DNA of 64,000 bases from Malacoraja senta (Eukaryota), in NCBI GenBank assembly GCA_038087875.1, contig CM075979.1:86552001-86616000 (forward strand), given 5' to 3'. The stretch's first letter is position 1. Each line of letters starts with the position of its first letter. A program made the position numbers and the translations under genes. This document shows, one piece after another, positions 12,565 through 24,446 of this stretch. The notes below the pieces were generated by a model. That model was given only the letters and a program-made list of their open reading frames with translations. It was not told the DNA's origin and made no database searches.

Positions 12565-12817
12565 ACTCCAGCACTTTGTGTCCTTTTTTGTAAACCAGCA
12601 TCTGCAGTTCCTTGTTTCTACAAATCCACATCAACTTGTAAAAACAAGGAGCTGCGGATGCTGGTTTACAAAAAAGGATACACAGTGCTGGAGTAATTTA
12701 GTTGATCTGGTAGCATCTCTGGAGATCATGGATAAGTGATGAAACATGACCTATCCATGTTATCCAGAGATGCTGCCTCACCAGCTGAGTCACTCCAGCA
12801 AGTTGTATCTTTTTTTG
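12565..12817. mobile_element. Cluster of Penelope-derived arms (plus 12565-12622; fold-back 12637-12817)
   Basis: Family consensus in alternating orientations; fold-back centre at gtgatgaaacatgac. Confidence 0.8.
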
Positions 12818-12826
12818 ATGTATACC

Positions 12827-13108
12827 GGCACAGTGGCGCAGCGGTAGAGTTGCTGCCTTACAGTGCCAGAGACCCGGGTTCGATCCTGACTACAGGATGG
12901 AGTTTATACATTCTCCCCGTGGCCTGCATGGGTTTTCTCCAGCATCTCCGGTTTCCTCTTGCACTCCAAAGACGTACAGGTTTGTATGTTAATTGGCTTG
13001 GTATAATTATAAATTGTCCATGGTGTGTATTCAGTGGCTTTAGTGTGCTTGGTCGGTGTGGACTCAGTGGGTCGAAGGCCCTGTTTCCACGCATTATTTC
13101 TAAACTAA
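12827..13108 (+). mobile_element. tRNA-derived V-SINE (HE1-like)
   Basis: A box TGGCGCAGCGG (12834-12844), B box GGTTCGATCC (12877-12886), V-domain-like ttctccccgtg...tccggtttcct...ccaaagacgtacagg, CR1/HER1-type tail. Confidence 0.85.
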
Positions 13109-13691
13109 GCTGCACTGAACCTGGTTCATCGGGTCTCCCTAAATATGTGATTTACCTTGTGTATTCTGATTAATTTCAACTTGCACATTCTAAATCAGAG
13201 CTATCGATTTAGTTTTATTTATTTTAAATAACATTAGTTTATCAGGCTTCAGTAAATGTTTCTTGGACAGGAGGCTCCATGCCATTGGAGTTGTACTTCT
13301 GCTGGCCCCTTTCTCAGACTCGGCAAATGATGTTAAGGACTGTTGCTGAACAACGACCAATGACTTTAACTGTCTTAATTGGAAGGGTCAGCCCTGTGTA
13401 CATTTTTAGTTTTGGTTTGGTAAGTTGAGCTCTAGATGACCGCCTAGCTTTTAATGACCTGAGGTAGCATTATTTTACCAGATATAAAACAGTGCATATG
13501 ACATTGGTCTGCTCTTGACTTGAATTTAATTTAATTTTTATATCTGTTCAGCTTCCTGTTTCTCAAATTCAGCCAAATGCATGTTGAAGTTCTGCAAAGA
13601 AGTACAAGTGTAGAAACTAGAATAGAGAAAAAAACGACAGCAGATTTTTGCATGTAAATTGAACAAAACATTCACGTAGGCTTCAAAATAT

Positions 13692-14000
13692 TTAGTATAG
13701 AGAACAATACAGCACAGTAACAGCCCCCACCCGCCCCCAATATGTGCGTGTAAGAAAGAACTGCAGATGCTGGTTTAAATCGAAGGTGGACACAAAATGC
13801 TGGAGTAACTCAGCGGGACAGGCAGTATTTCTGGAGAGAAGGAATGGGTGACGTTTCGGTTCGAGACCCTTCTTCAGACCGAATATGTGTGCCAAGCATG
13901 ATGCCAAGATAAACTAATCTCATCTGCCTGCATCTTTTCCATATCCCTCCATTCCCCACAGATCCATGTAGCTATCGAAAAGTCTCTTAAACGCCACTTC
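13692..14000 (-). mobile_element. CR1/HER1-type LINE 3' tail, interrupted by a Penelope-derived insertion
   Basis: tttagtatagag..atacagcacagtaacagccc and ctaatctcatctgcctgca..ccatatccctccattcccc on either side of the insertion. Confidence 0.6.
13747..13881 (-). mobile_element. Hammerhead-headed Penelope-derived short element (long, tailed form)
   Basis: TSD aatatgtg at 13739-13746 and 13882-13889; hammerhead motif 13850-13877 on the minus strand, element starts 4 nt before the core. Confidence 0.88.
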
Positions 14001-14413
14001 AGGTTGAATTGCTACTCATTTGGAAATTGGATCATCTTTGGTCATTTCTCCACTGTTTTATGCTCATGATAACATGGCAAATTTTGTGTGCAAACTTCTG
14101 GCTTTAGTGATAAAATTACTACTGCACCTTTATTGTATTAACTTACATTGAAACAGAGTACCATACAGAACATCAATTTGAGAATTAAAGTGTCCTTCTG
14201 GGACATAACATTTATTTTCTCTGACTCCCCAAAAGTTAATTACATCATCCATAACTTTGCAGATAGTCATGACCGATAGCAAGGTGGGGGATGGATGAAG
14301 TCCCATTAAACTGACCCTAGCCCTTCTCCGCCTCCATTTTCTCCATCCATCTTGCAGTGCCATTGTCTGCACTTCTATCACATCTCCCCCGTTCCCCCAT
14401 TTTCTCATTCCTA

Positions 14414-14618
14414 TGTAGGAAGAAACTGCAGATTCTGGTTTAAACTGAAAATAGACACAAAAAGCTGGATTAACTCAGCAGGTCAGACAGCATCTCTGGA
14501 GAAAAGGAATAGGTGACGAAAGGAATAGAAGAAGCGTCTCGACCTGAAATATCACCTATTCCTTTTCTCCATAGGTGCTGTCTGGCTCACTGAGTTACTC
14601 CAGCATTTTGTGTCTATC
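14414..14618. mobile_element. Fold-back Penelope-derived short element
   Basis: Long minus arm plus short plus arm; degenerate hammerhead at ~14527-14553; imperfect TSD cattcctatgt/catccttatgt. Confidence 0.85.
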
Positions 14619-16137
14619 ATCCTTATGTCTATGGTAGCCTTTATACCTGCCACAGAGTAACCACCTCAGCAGCATTGACCTAGTTTGTTGTTGACAGGGT
14701 GCAATGAGACTGCAGTTGCGAGCTCAGTCACCAACTGCATTCGTGAATGTACAAAGTGACGTTTAATAGAAGAAAACCACAACAGCAATTTTTTTAAATC
14801 AAGGATGACCCAATTTGGCAATTATCATCTTTTATTTACAACAATGATTTCACAAAATATACATCCACTTTGCACAGCAAAAATGGGTGAAATACAATTG
14901 TAAATATTTTTGTCATCAACGTAATAGTACCTACTCGAGTCTAAATTATATGAAAATAGTAAAATCTGGGTTTATTTCCTCCCGGAAAGCTGTAATTTAA
15001 TGCGATGTTTTGAAACTGTGACAAAGTGAAAATGGAATGTATCATCAAAATATATTTAATCACAATACTGTTGATATTACTGCTGCTAAACCTTGTAAAA
15101 TGTGCGAGTTAACTTATCATAAATTATGACTGAATACTTCAAGGCATTTCATATTGAGTCGAACATACTCAAAGTCATGCTTTAGTGATAAATGCCTTGA
15201 GTGATTTCTTTGAGCACTTTGGTTTGCCAAATGTCCAGAATAATTTCTGCATCCATTTATCATCAGTTAATGCATGTGTCCTGCATCTTGATTACTTAAT
15301 TTTCATTTGTTCAACATAGTAGCATTTCTCTGGTCTGCCTTATTAAATGATCTTTGCTGTTGGTTGTTGTTGACAGCGTATCCTCTGAAGTCTCTTTTAA
15401 CGTGACCTTACTGCAGGTGGTCTGCTGCCTGCCTGAACTACTATTTATCCTTCATAAGATTCTTTGTAAGATTAGAATACTCTGGCCTTTTGTTTTCTTC
15501 TCTTGTCTAATAAGGTTCAGAAGCTCTTGATTTTTGATGTACCTTGTCAGTAATGATTAGAATCAGAATTGCCTGACTTTGAAGGTTCGATGCTCATTAA
15601 ATTATGCCAGCACTGTGTAGCTCTGTCACACTCTCTTTATCTGTCCACTTAGGGCTCAGAAGAATTTGAAAGTTTAGTTGAAAGCTATTTCTTGACCTCA
15701 TTTAATGTACATACAGGTTGATAAAAGAGTAAAAATGGTTATAATAGTCAAAATGCAAACTCTTCCAAAATGTTGTTGTACTTCAAAATTCCATTTTATC
15801 AGCTAACGATATTTGATGAATTAGTTTTGCATTAATATTGTTGTTTTATTAACTAGATGACTGCAGATACTGATTAATATAATTTTTTTTTAATTTATAA
15901 TACGCAAATGGTACAATCATGAAAGTTACGATAATAATAGTTCACAATAGTTAATGCCAAGGTGCAAACATTGAGCTACTGTGCTTCACACTTTGCTGCT
16001 TTATATAAATGACAACAGTATTTGCCATGGTATTTGCAAAATTCCATTGTTGCTCTGATATTTTCTTGAATCTCATGCTATGCAAAAGAAAATAGCTGCA
16101 AATATTTTTAAAGGTACTTAACTACTATTTAATTGAG

Positions 16138-16773
16138 CCCATTATTTCCCGCCTTGACTACTGCAACTCCCTTTACATTGGCATCAGCCAATCATCCCTG
16201 TCCCGTCTGCAATTGGTCCAAAACGCTGCAGCAAGACATCTGACGGGTACCCGTAAAAGGGACCACATCACCCCGATACTGGCCTCTCTCCACTGGCTCC
16301 CAGAACAGTATAGAATCAACTTCAAGCTCCTCTTATTCGTTTACAAAGCCCTTAAACGGGCTTGCCCCACCTTATATCAAAAATCTTCTAACCAACCATT
16401 CTACCTCCAGGTCTCTCAGGTCGGCTGACTTGGGGCTACTGACTATCCCGCGGTCTAGGTTTAAGCTCAGGGGTGACCGCGCTTTTTCGGTTGCAGCACC
16501 TAAACTGTGGAATAGCATCCCGCTCCTCATCAGAACTGCCCCCACCATCAACTCCTTTAAATCATGACTCAAAACCTATTTCTACTTCCAAGTGTTTTTG
16601 AGCCCCTCTGATGGGGCACTGTAAACAGTTTATCTATGTATTATTAGGTCTGTCTATCGCTGTATGTATCAATTACCTAGCAATTAGTACCTGCACTTAT
16701 GTGAAGCACTTTGGTGAACGTGAGTTGTTTTTAAACGTGCTATACAAATAAATGTTTTATTATTATTATTATT
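16138..16773 (+). mobile_element. L2 LINE 3' fragment
   Basis: SRLDYCNSL..LQLVQNAAARHLTG..DHITPILASLHWLP..RINFKLLL and RGDRAFSVAAPKLWN motifs; (TTA)n tail. Confidence 0.9.
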
Positions 16774-17374
16774 TTGATTGTAATGCTGTTACACACTGAT
16801 TTTAAAATGGTTCGCTCGCTCGTGTGTCTGACGACGTATAGCTCGCTGTTGGCTTCTGTCGTCGTCCAACATGTTGCCAGAATTGGTCGCCCGAAGCGTC
16901 AAAGAGTGCATCGTGTTGTCGTTTCCGGGGATCGCCACGAGGAGGCTTCTGTCATGATCCCCTTTAAAAATGGTATTAGCTTATTATGGTTACGTGTACA
17001 ATGAAAGGTAGAGATACAATGAAAACACCTTTGTGAGCAATTAAGTCAGATCATGCTGTACATGAGTGCAATCAATGCCATCTGTGAATTACTTTGGTTG
17101 CAATATTTTCACAATGGAATTTGGTTCTTTGTTACTGTACTTATTCTGTTATGAAAAATTATATTCAATAATAAAGCCATTCACTAATGCAAGGTGATCA
17201 TCACCAGGTAGAATGGGGAGTTCTATACCAATGTATAGTATTATGAATACATTTCTTGTGTTTAGTTGTGTAAGTCAATGGGTTTGATCAGTTAAAAATG
17301 AAGGTTTTATGTGTGCCAGTCCTCAAATAAGTTTGTAACAAACTTTTTTTTTTAAAGGGGCCTAGTGTGGGGGG

Positions 17375-17690
17375 TTACTCAGCAGATCAGGCAGCATCTC
17401 CGCAGAAGATAGATAGGTGATATTTTGGGTTACAACCCTTCAGATTGATTGTAGTGCGGCAGCGGTTGGATAAAACTGTGGGGGTTGGACAAAGTCAAGC
17501 AAGTGAGGCTTGATCGGCAGATGGTTGGACAAAGGCCATTGATGAAAAGACAAAAGGTGTGAGAATGGGACAGAAGAGGCATGAAATGTGAAACCAGAGC
17601 AAGGAATATTGGCGGAAGGGAATGGGCGAATGGAAAGGCAGAAATGGGGGCTCAGATTGAAAGTTATTGAAGGGTGTGTGAGACATGGTT
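17375..17690 (-). mobile_element. Older Penelope 3' UTR relic
   Basis: ttactcagcagatcaggcagcatctc...gggttacaacccttcagattgattg matches the family on the minus strand, then purine-rich UTR. Confidence 0.65.
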
Positions 17691-17856
17691 TTGTATTTAA
17701 CCGTTTTGCAGCTGTTTGTTAATAGAATATTTATTTATTTATTGCCAGCATCTGACGCGGTTTTGTCCAGCAAAGCCTACTTGGTAAACAGTCTATTGGT
17801 GGATCAGATGAAATAAACTAATACTGTACCCTTGGATTACAATTCTGAGTAATGTA

Positions 17857-20198
17857 CAGTGCCCTCCATAATGTTTGGGACGTTTAGATTTGAAAAACTC
17901 CTTTGTGGCTTTAGCAGTATGATTGGGATCATTGTCTTGCTGTAGAATGAACCGCTGGCCAATGGGTTTTGAGGCTTTTTTTTAAACTTGAGCAGATAGG
18001 ATGTGTCTATACACTTCAGAATTCATTGTGCTAATATCATCAGCAATTGTATCATCAATGAAGATAAGTGAGCCAGTACCTACAGCAGCCATACATGCCC
18101 AGGCCATAACACCCCCACCACCGTGTTTCACAGATGAGGTGGTATGCTTTGGATCTTGGGCAGTTGCTTCTCTCCTTCATACTTTGCTCTTGCCATCACT
18201 CTGATATAAGTTAATCTTCGTCTCATCTGTCCGCAAGTCCTTTTTCCTGAACTGTGGTTGCTCTTTTAAGTATTTCTTTGCAAACTGTAACCTGGCCATC
18301 CGATTTTTGAAACTAACCAGTGGTTTGCATCTTGCAGTGTAGCCTCTGTATTTCTGTTCATGAAGTCTTCTGCGGACAGTGGTCATAGACAAATCCACAC
18401 CTGACTCCTGAAGAGTGTTTGTAGAATTTTTTAATTATAGAGAGAATTCTTCTGTCATCAGCTGTGGAGGTCTTCCTTGGCCTGCCAGTCCTTTTGCAAT
18501 TAGTAAACTCACCAGTGCTCTCTTTCTTGTTCAATATGTTCCAAACAGTTGATTTTGGTAAACCTAAGGTCTGGCTGATGTCTCTCACAGTTTTATTCTT
18601 GTTTCTCAGTCTCATAATGGCTTATTTGAATTTCATTGGCACAAATTTGATTCTCATGTTGATAAACAGCAATAAAAATTTCCAAAGGTGATTGAAAGAC
18701 TGGAGGAAAGACTAGGTGCTGAGAGCTCTCTTATACCTGCATTAAGGAGGCAATTAAACACACCCGAGGAATTATAGACACCTGTGAAGCCATGTGTCCC
18801 AAACATTACAATGCCCTGAAATTGGTGGACTATGTATAAACACAGCTTTAATTTATTTTTATTATTATTCTTTTTATTTATTTATTTTTTATTAAATTAT
18901 TTTATTGAACATGTTAAAAAATATATATACAAACACAAATAAACTTATAAGCAATAAAAAAGAAAATAAAACACAAAGGAAAACAAACAAATAAGTAACT
19001 CAAATAATACAAATAATATCGTTCATGTTCAAAAGGGGTAAGAAGAAGTTCGAAAACTTTTCTGGTCCTACCCCCTCTTATTTTCTATACATTTTCATGG
19101 AAAAACAAAATAATGGGAACAAATGGACCCAAAATCTGTTGAACAGTCCACAAACAAGAAATAACCAAACAGAAAAGAAAATCACTGGTCCAGCTCATAA
19201 CCATTCAATCTTTTGTTTCTGAAGAGTGTTTTTAGTTTGAATAGAGTCTTACATTTTTTCAGCTCATCATGGCAGTTATTCCAGAGACTAACACCCTTTG
19301 CTGTAACACAATGGAGTTTTGCATTAGTTCTTTTTGCCGTTTTTTCGAATATATAGGTTCCTCTCAGGTTGTTTTTGCTTTCTCTCCGTTGGAACAACCC
19401 CTGGATATTACAAGGCAATTGCTGATTTGCTGCTTTGAACATAATTTGGATAGTTTTATAATCTGTCAGATCTTGAAATTTTAATGTTTTTAGTCTGATA
19501 AATAATGGTTTTGTTGATTGTCTATAGGTGGTTTTATGTATAATTCATATTGCTCTTTTTTGGAGGATGAAGATTGGGTGTGTATTTGTTTTGTATGTGT
19601 TTCCCCATACCTCCACACAGTAGATCATGTATGGGAGTATGAGGGAGCAGTACAACATATACAGGGAGGCTTGATTTAGTAGGTCTCTGGCTTTATTCAG
19701 TATTGCAATTGATTTGGATATTTTGGCTTTAATATAATTTATGTGAGATTTCCAAGTTAATTTGTTGTCAATTAATACTCCAAGAAATTTTATTTCAGAT
19801 ACTCTTTCTATTTCTGTGCCATTTATCATGAGCTTTTTCTCTGTGTTGGTTGATCAATTTCCAAATATTATGAATTTTGTTTTACTTAAATTCAATGTGA
19901 GTTTATTTTCGTCAAACCAGATCTTCATCCTGCTCAATTCCTTTTCCATACTATCCAGGAGCTGTTCCAAGTTGTCTCCACAGCAGAGTAAGTTAGTATC
20001 ATCAGCGAAGAGAATAGTTTCAAGAGTTTTTGACACTTCACATATATTATTGATATACAAAATGAATAATAATGACTACATGGTGAAACCTAAATGTATA
20101 AAAATACCCTTTAATAAAATCTGACAATGTGCACTTTAATTACATGTGATTTTTTTCTATTACAAATCTCAAATTGTGGAGTACAGAGGCAAATAATA
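17857..20198 (-). mobile_element. Tc1-like (IR/DR) DNA transposon copy 1, deleted and interrupted by a LINE
   Basis: TA|CAGTGCCCTCCATAATGTTTGGGA terminus; minus-strand transposase pieces (HTH RDISQTLGLPKSTV, GRPRKT, TDETKINL, QQDND); right TIR resumes at ~20076 after the LINE. Confidence 0.9.
18853..20073 (-). mobile_element. CR1-group (Crack/Daphne-like) LINE 3' fragment nested in the Tc1 TIR
   Basis: RT motifs ILFADDTNL, KLTLNLSKTK, KFLGVLIDNKLTWKSHI, YCVEVWG; A-rich (AATA)n tail at ~18853-18905. Confidence 0.8.
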
Positions 20199-20508
20199 TA
20201 CAATATTATTATATAGTATATATAGTATATACAAATCAACCACCAGGTGGAGGGCAACTGATGTTACTCAACCCAGAGTACCTGGGAAAATCTGAATTTA
20301 AAATGATCATCTTAATTTACCAGTGCTCTTCTATTGTTTGTGGCTGAATACAGTAATCAACCTATCTCTTTCGGAAGGATGCCTTCACACCCTGTGGTTT
20401 TTCAGTAAGAATCTTAAATCCTATGTTCTTTGCCATGCATCCTCCATAAACTTTCTAAAATTCAGACTCTGCATCATAACGTGTAAAATCAAGTCACTCA
20501 AGTTTGCA

Positions 20509-20767
20509 CCACGTATTGGAGTAACTCAACGGGTCAGGGGGCATCTCTGGAGGATACGTTTCAAAGGCTTCAAAGGTATTTTATTGTCACATGTACCAAT
20601 TAAGGTACAGTGATATTCGTAATACCATACAGTGACACTATGCCTCAGAAACCTTCTTCATTTCTGAAGAGTCCTGACCTGAAACATCATAGCCTCCAGA
20701 GAAGGTACCTGACCTGTTTGGCTGCTCCAACACTTTTTTTAAATCTGCAGCTCCTTGTATCTGCACC
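20509..20767. mobile_element. Degenerate fold-back Penelope-derived element with nested Rex/RTE-type tail (~20558-20633, minus)
   Basis: ggagtaactcaacgggtcagg..gcatctctggag arm; ctgaagagtcctgacctgaaacatc arm; nested (ttcaaagg)2..tttattgtcacatgtacc..ggtacagtg. Confidence 0.65.
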
Positions 20768-22510
20768 CAAGTTTTCAATTGGTGTTAAAAGCTTGATTTA
20801 AAAATTCTCTTCGTTGTTTTTAAATTATTCCTTGGTCTTGTCCATCAGGTCGTCCTTAAATGTTGTAGCCTTTCCAGATCTTTGCAGTCCTACTATTTTG
20901 GCCTCTTAGTTTTAACCAATTTTCATTATAGGCTTTTGTGACTTTAGTTGGCAACCATCTAAAATTCTGTAATTCCCTCCTGAAATATCTGTCTGTATCT
21001 CTCTCTTTCTCAAAGACTCCCCTCAAAATATGTCCTTACTTATTCAGTCTCCTGATGTGATTCTGTGTCAAAGTGAGTCCATCTGTGTATCCATTTACAA
21101 GTGTATTGAGACTCGTGTATTAAAGACCAAATCCAAATTGAAGATAATGGAAGAAGTATCAGAGATGGTCTAAATGAATTTGAGAGCAGGATGGCAGTTG
21201 TGACAAAGGTGGTGTGCGCACAGTTTTAATACAGGTAGTAAGTCTAGTAATAGTATTGTCACTGCTACTACAAGGAAAGCGCAATACACAGTTTAAGAGA
21301 TCAAAATTAAAGCAAGGAAAGAGCAAATATGATTGTACCATTTTCAAAATTTCACTTTAAATGATATATTACATTTATTTTGACTATCCTGAAACTACAG
21401 TGCATCGGCGAGTAACAAAATTCAGTCAAAGGAGCGTTGCGGCTTAAAGATATCGAAGTGAATGCACAGTGAAAATATGCTGAAATGCAATTGTTTTAAT
21501 AATGAAACGTTTCTGAAAGCTTAAATATTGAAACGTTTTGTGAGAAAATAATATGTTTTGCCTGGCATTGAGATGCCTAGTCAGTTTATCTTATGACTAT
21601 TTAAAATGTGATTTTCTTTTCTTTTTAGCTGTCATCTATGTAATTAGCCCTCTGTCGAGTCTACTTGGCAAATTTCCAGGATAACATTGTTATGAATTTA
21701 AGGACAAGCATTCCAAATATTAAATATCATTGCCATCTCATCGCAATAATTACATATTAAAATTAATTCTAATTAAACCAGAATATTATGAAATCTCATT
21801 CTTTCAAATTGTTGTCTAACTGAATGAATTCATTTATCAAATTGGGTATCCTTTTGACTTTCCTATTTGAAGAAATACACACCACCATGCAATTAATTAC
21901 ATTGACTGTAATTGATGTAATGGAATACAAAATGATATATAATTTATTAAATCTCTTTATTGACCTTTTACATAGTACACTAGAAGCCTGCCATCCAGAG
22001 TGAAAGATTGGACTAAAATGCAGTCGGCAGCAATAGCTGGTGTCAGCTGCATTATTTAACAAGATTCATTTCTTAATTGACACAAAACATGTGTTTGTAA
22101 TCTCCAAGTCATGGTGCAAGTTCACTACTGTAGTATTAATATCTCGTCATGCCAAGTCGCTGACCGCTTAATTGTTCCTCATGCAAATGAAAAAATTGTT
22201 TTAAAAATGTTGTTTGCAGTTCATTAATAGTAGGCAGTAAAATAATCTTTGAAATATGTTCTTCTGTTTTCTCAATAAACATTTCAATACTTACTCCCAT
22301 GCCCAGAGGACCAAATACAAATGCTTCAGAAAGGTTTCTATAAAGGTAATATTTTGTTCCTTTGTGAACTCTGACTTGCCCTGTAAATGGGCATTAACAT
22401 CATCGTGCAACTGCATTTATTTTTGTCTGATTTGTTTCAAAATAATGTCTTCAGAAATGCTTTAAAAATGACAGTCTGTGTGTGCTATGTTTAAAGTAAC
22501 ATTCATCATA

Positions 22511-23962
22511 CAGTGCCCTCCTAATATTTGGGACAAAGACCCATCATTTATTTATTTACCTCTGTACTCCACAATTTGAGATTTGTAATAGAAAAAATCA
22601 CACGTGGTTAAAGTGCACTTTGTCAGATTTTAATAAAGGCCATTTTAATTCATTTTGGTTTCACTATGTAGAAATTACAGCAGTGTTTATACATAGCCCC
22701 CCCATTTCAGGGCACCATAATGTTTGGGACACAACAATGTCATGTAAATGAAAGTAGTCATGTTTAGTATTTTGTTGCATATCCTTTGCATGCAATGACT
22801 GCTTGAAGACTGCGATTCATGGACATCACCAGTTGCTGGGTGTCTTCTCTGGTGATGCTCTGCCAGGCCTGTATTGCAGCCATCTTTCCCTTATGTTTGG
22901 TTTGGGGGCTAGTCCCCTTCAGTTTTCACTTTAGCATATGAAAGGCATGCTCAATAGGGTTCAGATCAGATAATCGACTTGGCCACTCAAGAATTGACCA
23001 TTTTTTAGCTTTTAAAAACTCCTTTGCCCAGGCCATAACACCCCCACCACCGTGTTTCATAGATTAGGTGGTATGCTTGGGCAGTTCCTTTTCTCCTCCA
23101 TACTTTGCTCTTGCCATCACTCTAATATAAGTTAATCTTCTTTTCATCTGTCCACAAGACCTTTTTCCAGAGCTGTGGTTGCTCTTCTAAGTATTTCTTG
23201 GCAAACTGTAACCTGGCCATCCTATTTTTGCGGCTAACCAGTGGTTTGCATCTTGCAGTGTAGCCTCTGTATTTCTGTTCATGAAGTCATCTGCGGGCAG
23301 TGGTCATTTACAAATCCACACCTGACTCGCGAAGAGTGTTTCTGATCCGTCGGAAAGGTGTTTGGGGATTTTTCTCTATTATAGAGAGAATTCTTCTGTC
23401 ATCAGCTGTGGAGGTCTTCCTTGGCCTGCCAGTCCCTTTGCGATTAGTAAGCTCACCAGTGCTCTCTTTCATTTTAATGATGTTCCAAACAGTTGATTTT
23501 GGTAAGCCTAAGGTTTGGCTGATGTCTCTAACAGTTTTATTCTTGTTTCTCAGTCTCATAATTGCTTTGTTGACTTTCATTGCACAACTTTGGTTCTCAT
23601 GTTGATAAACAGCAATAAAAGTTTCCCACGGTGATGGAAAGACTGGAGGGAAGACTAGGGGCTGAGAGCTATCTTATACCTGCATGAAGAAGGCAATTAA
23701 ACACACCTGAGCAATTACAAACACCTGTGAAGCCATGTGTCCCAAACATATTATGGTGTCCTGAAATAGGGGGACCATGTATGAACACCGCTGTAATTCC
23801 TACATGGTGAAACCAAAATGTATAAAAATACCCTTTAATAAAATTTGGCAATGTGCACTTTAACCACATATGATTTTTTTCCTATTACGAATCTCAAATT
23901 GTGGAGTACAGAGGCAAATAATAAATGATGGGTCTTTGTCCCAAACATCATGGATTGCACTG
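22511..23962 (-). mobile_element. Tc1-like (IR/DR) DNA transposon copy 2 with both ~225-bp TIRs
   Basis: TA|CAGTGCCCTCC...GCACTG; TIRs ~22511-22732 and ~23737-23962 each with direct repeat ataatgtttgggaca-like at both ends; transposase pseudogene on minus strand including DLNPIE. Confidence 0.93.
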
Positions 23963-24250
23963 TCTGTTAGATCATTGCCCAGCATGAGCTCCACCAGGTC
24001 TACCAACATGAACAAGTAAGAACAAAGGAAATATCCAGAAACATCGTCGGACAATCACAATCCTTAAAAGTGCATTTTGTCCCCAAATGAATTTAATCAA
24101 TATATGAACAGTCAAATTGTAAGCAAATTGTAAGCCTGCTGCATCATTCACTGTCCTCTGGAGGAAACATGTTTTTCCACATCCCTGAATAGTTAACCTC
24201 AAATATGTGATGCAGTGATTCCTGCTCTAAATGACTTCTATATCTCTCTA

Positions 24251-24446
24251 AGGTAGACAAAAATGCTGGAGAAACTCAGCGGGTGAGGCAGCATCTGTGG
24301 AGCGAAATGAATAGGTGACGTTTCGGGTCGAGACCCTTCTTCAGAAGAACGGTCTGAAGAATGGTCTCGACCCAAAACGTCACCTATTTATTTTCTCCAG
24401 AGATGTTGCTTGACCTGCTGAGTTACTCCAGCTCTTTGCGTCTATT
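24251..24446. mobile_element. Back-to-back Penelope-derived arms, each with its own hammerhead motif
   Basis: Minus motif 24317-24344 (intact core); plus motif 24354-24381 (GAAA changed to AAAA). Confidence 0.88.

Noticed and set aside
12827-12895. tRNA-like sequence with A and B boxes
   Set aside because: Continues directly into V-domain and LINE tail, so it is a SINE head
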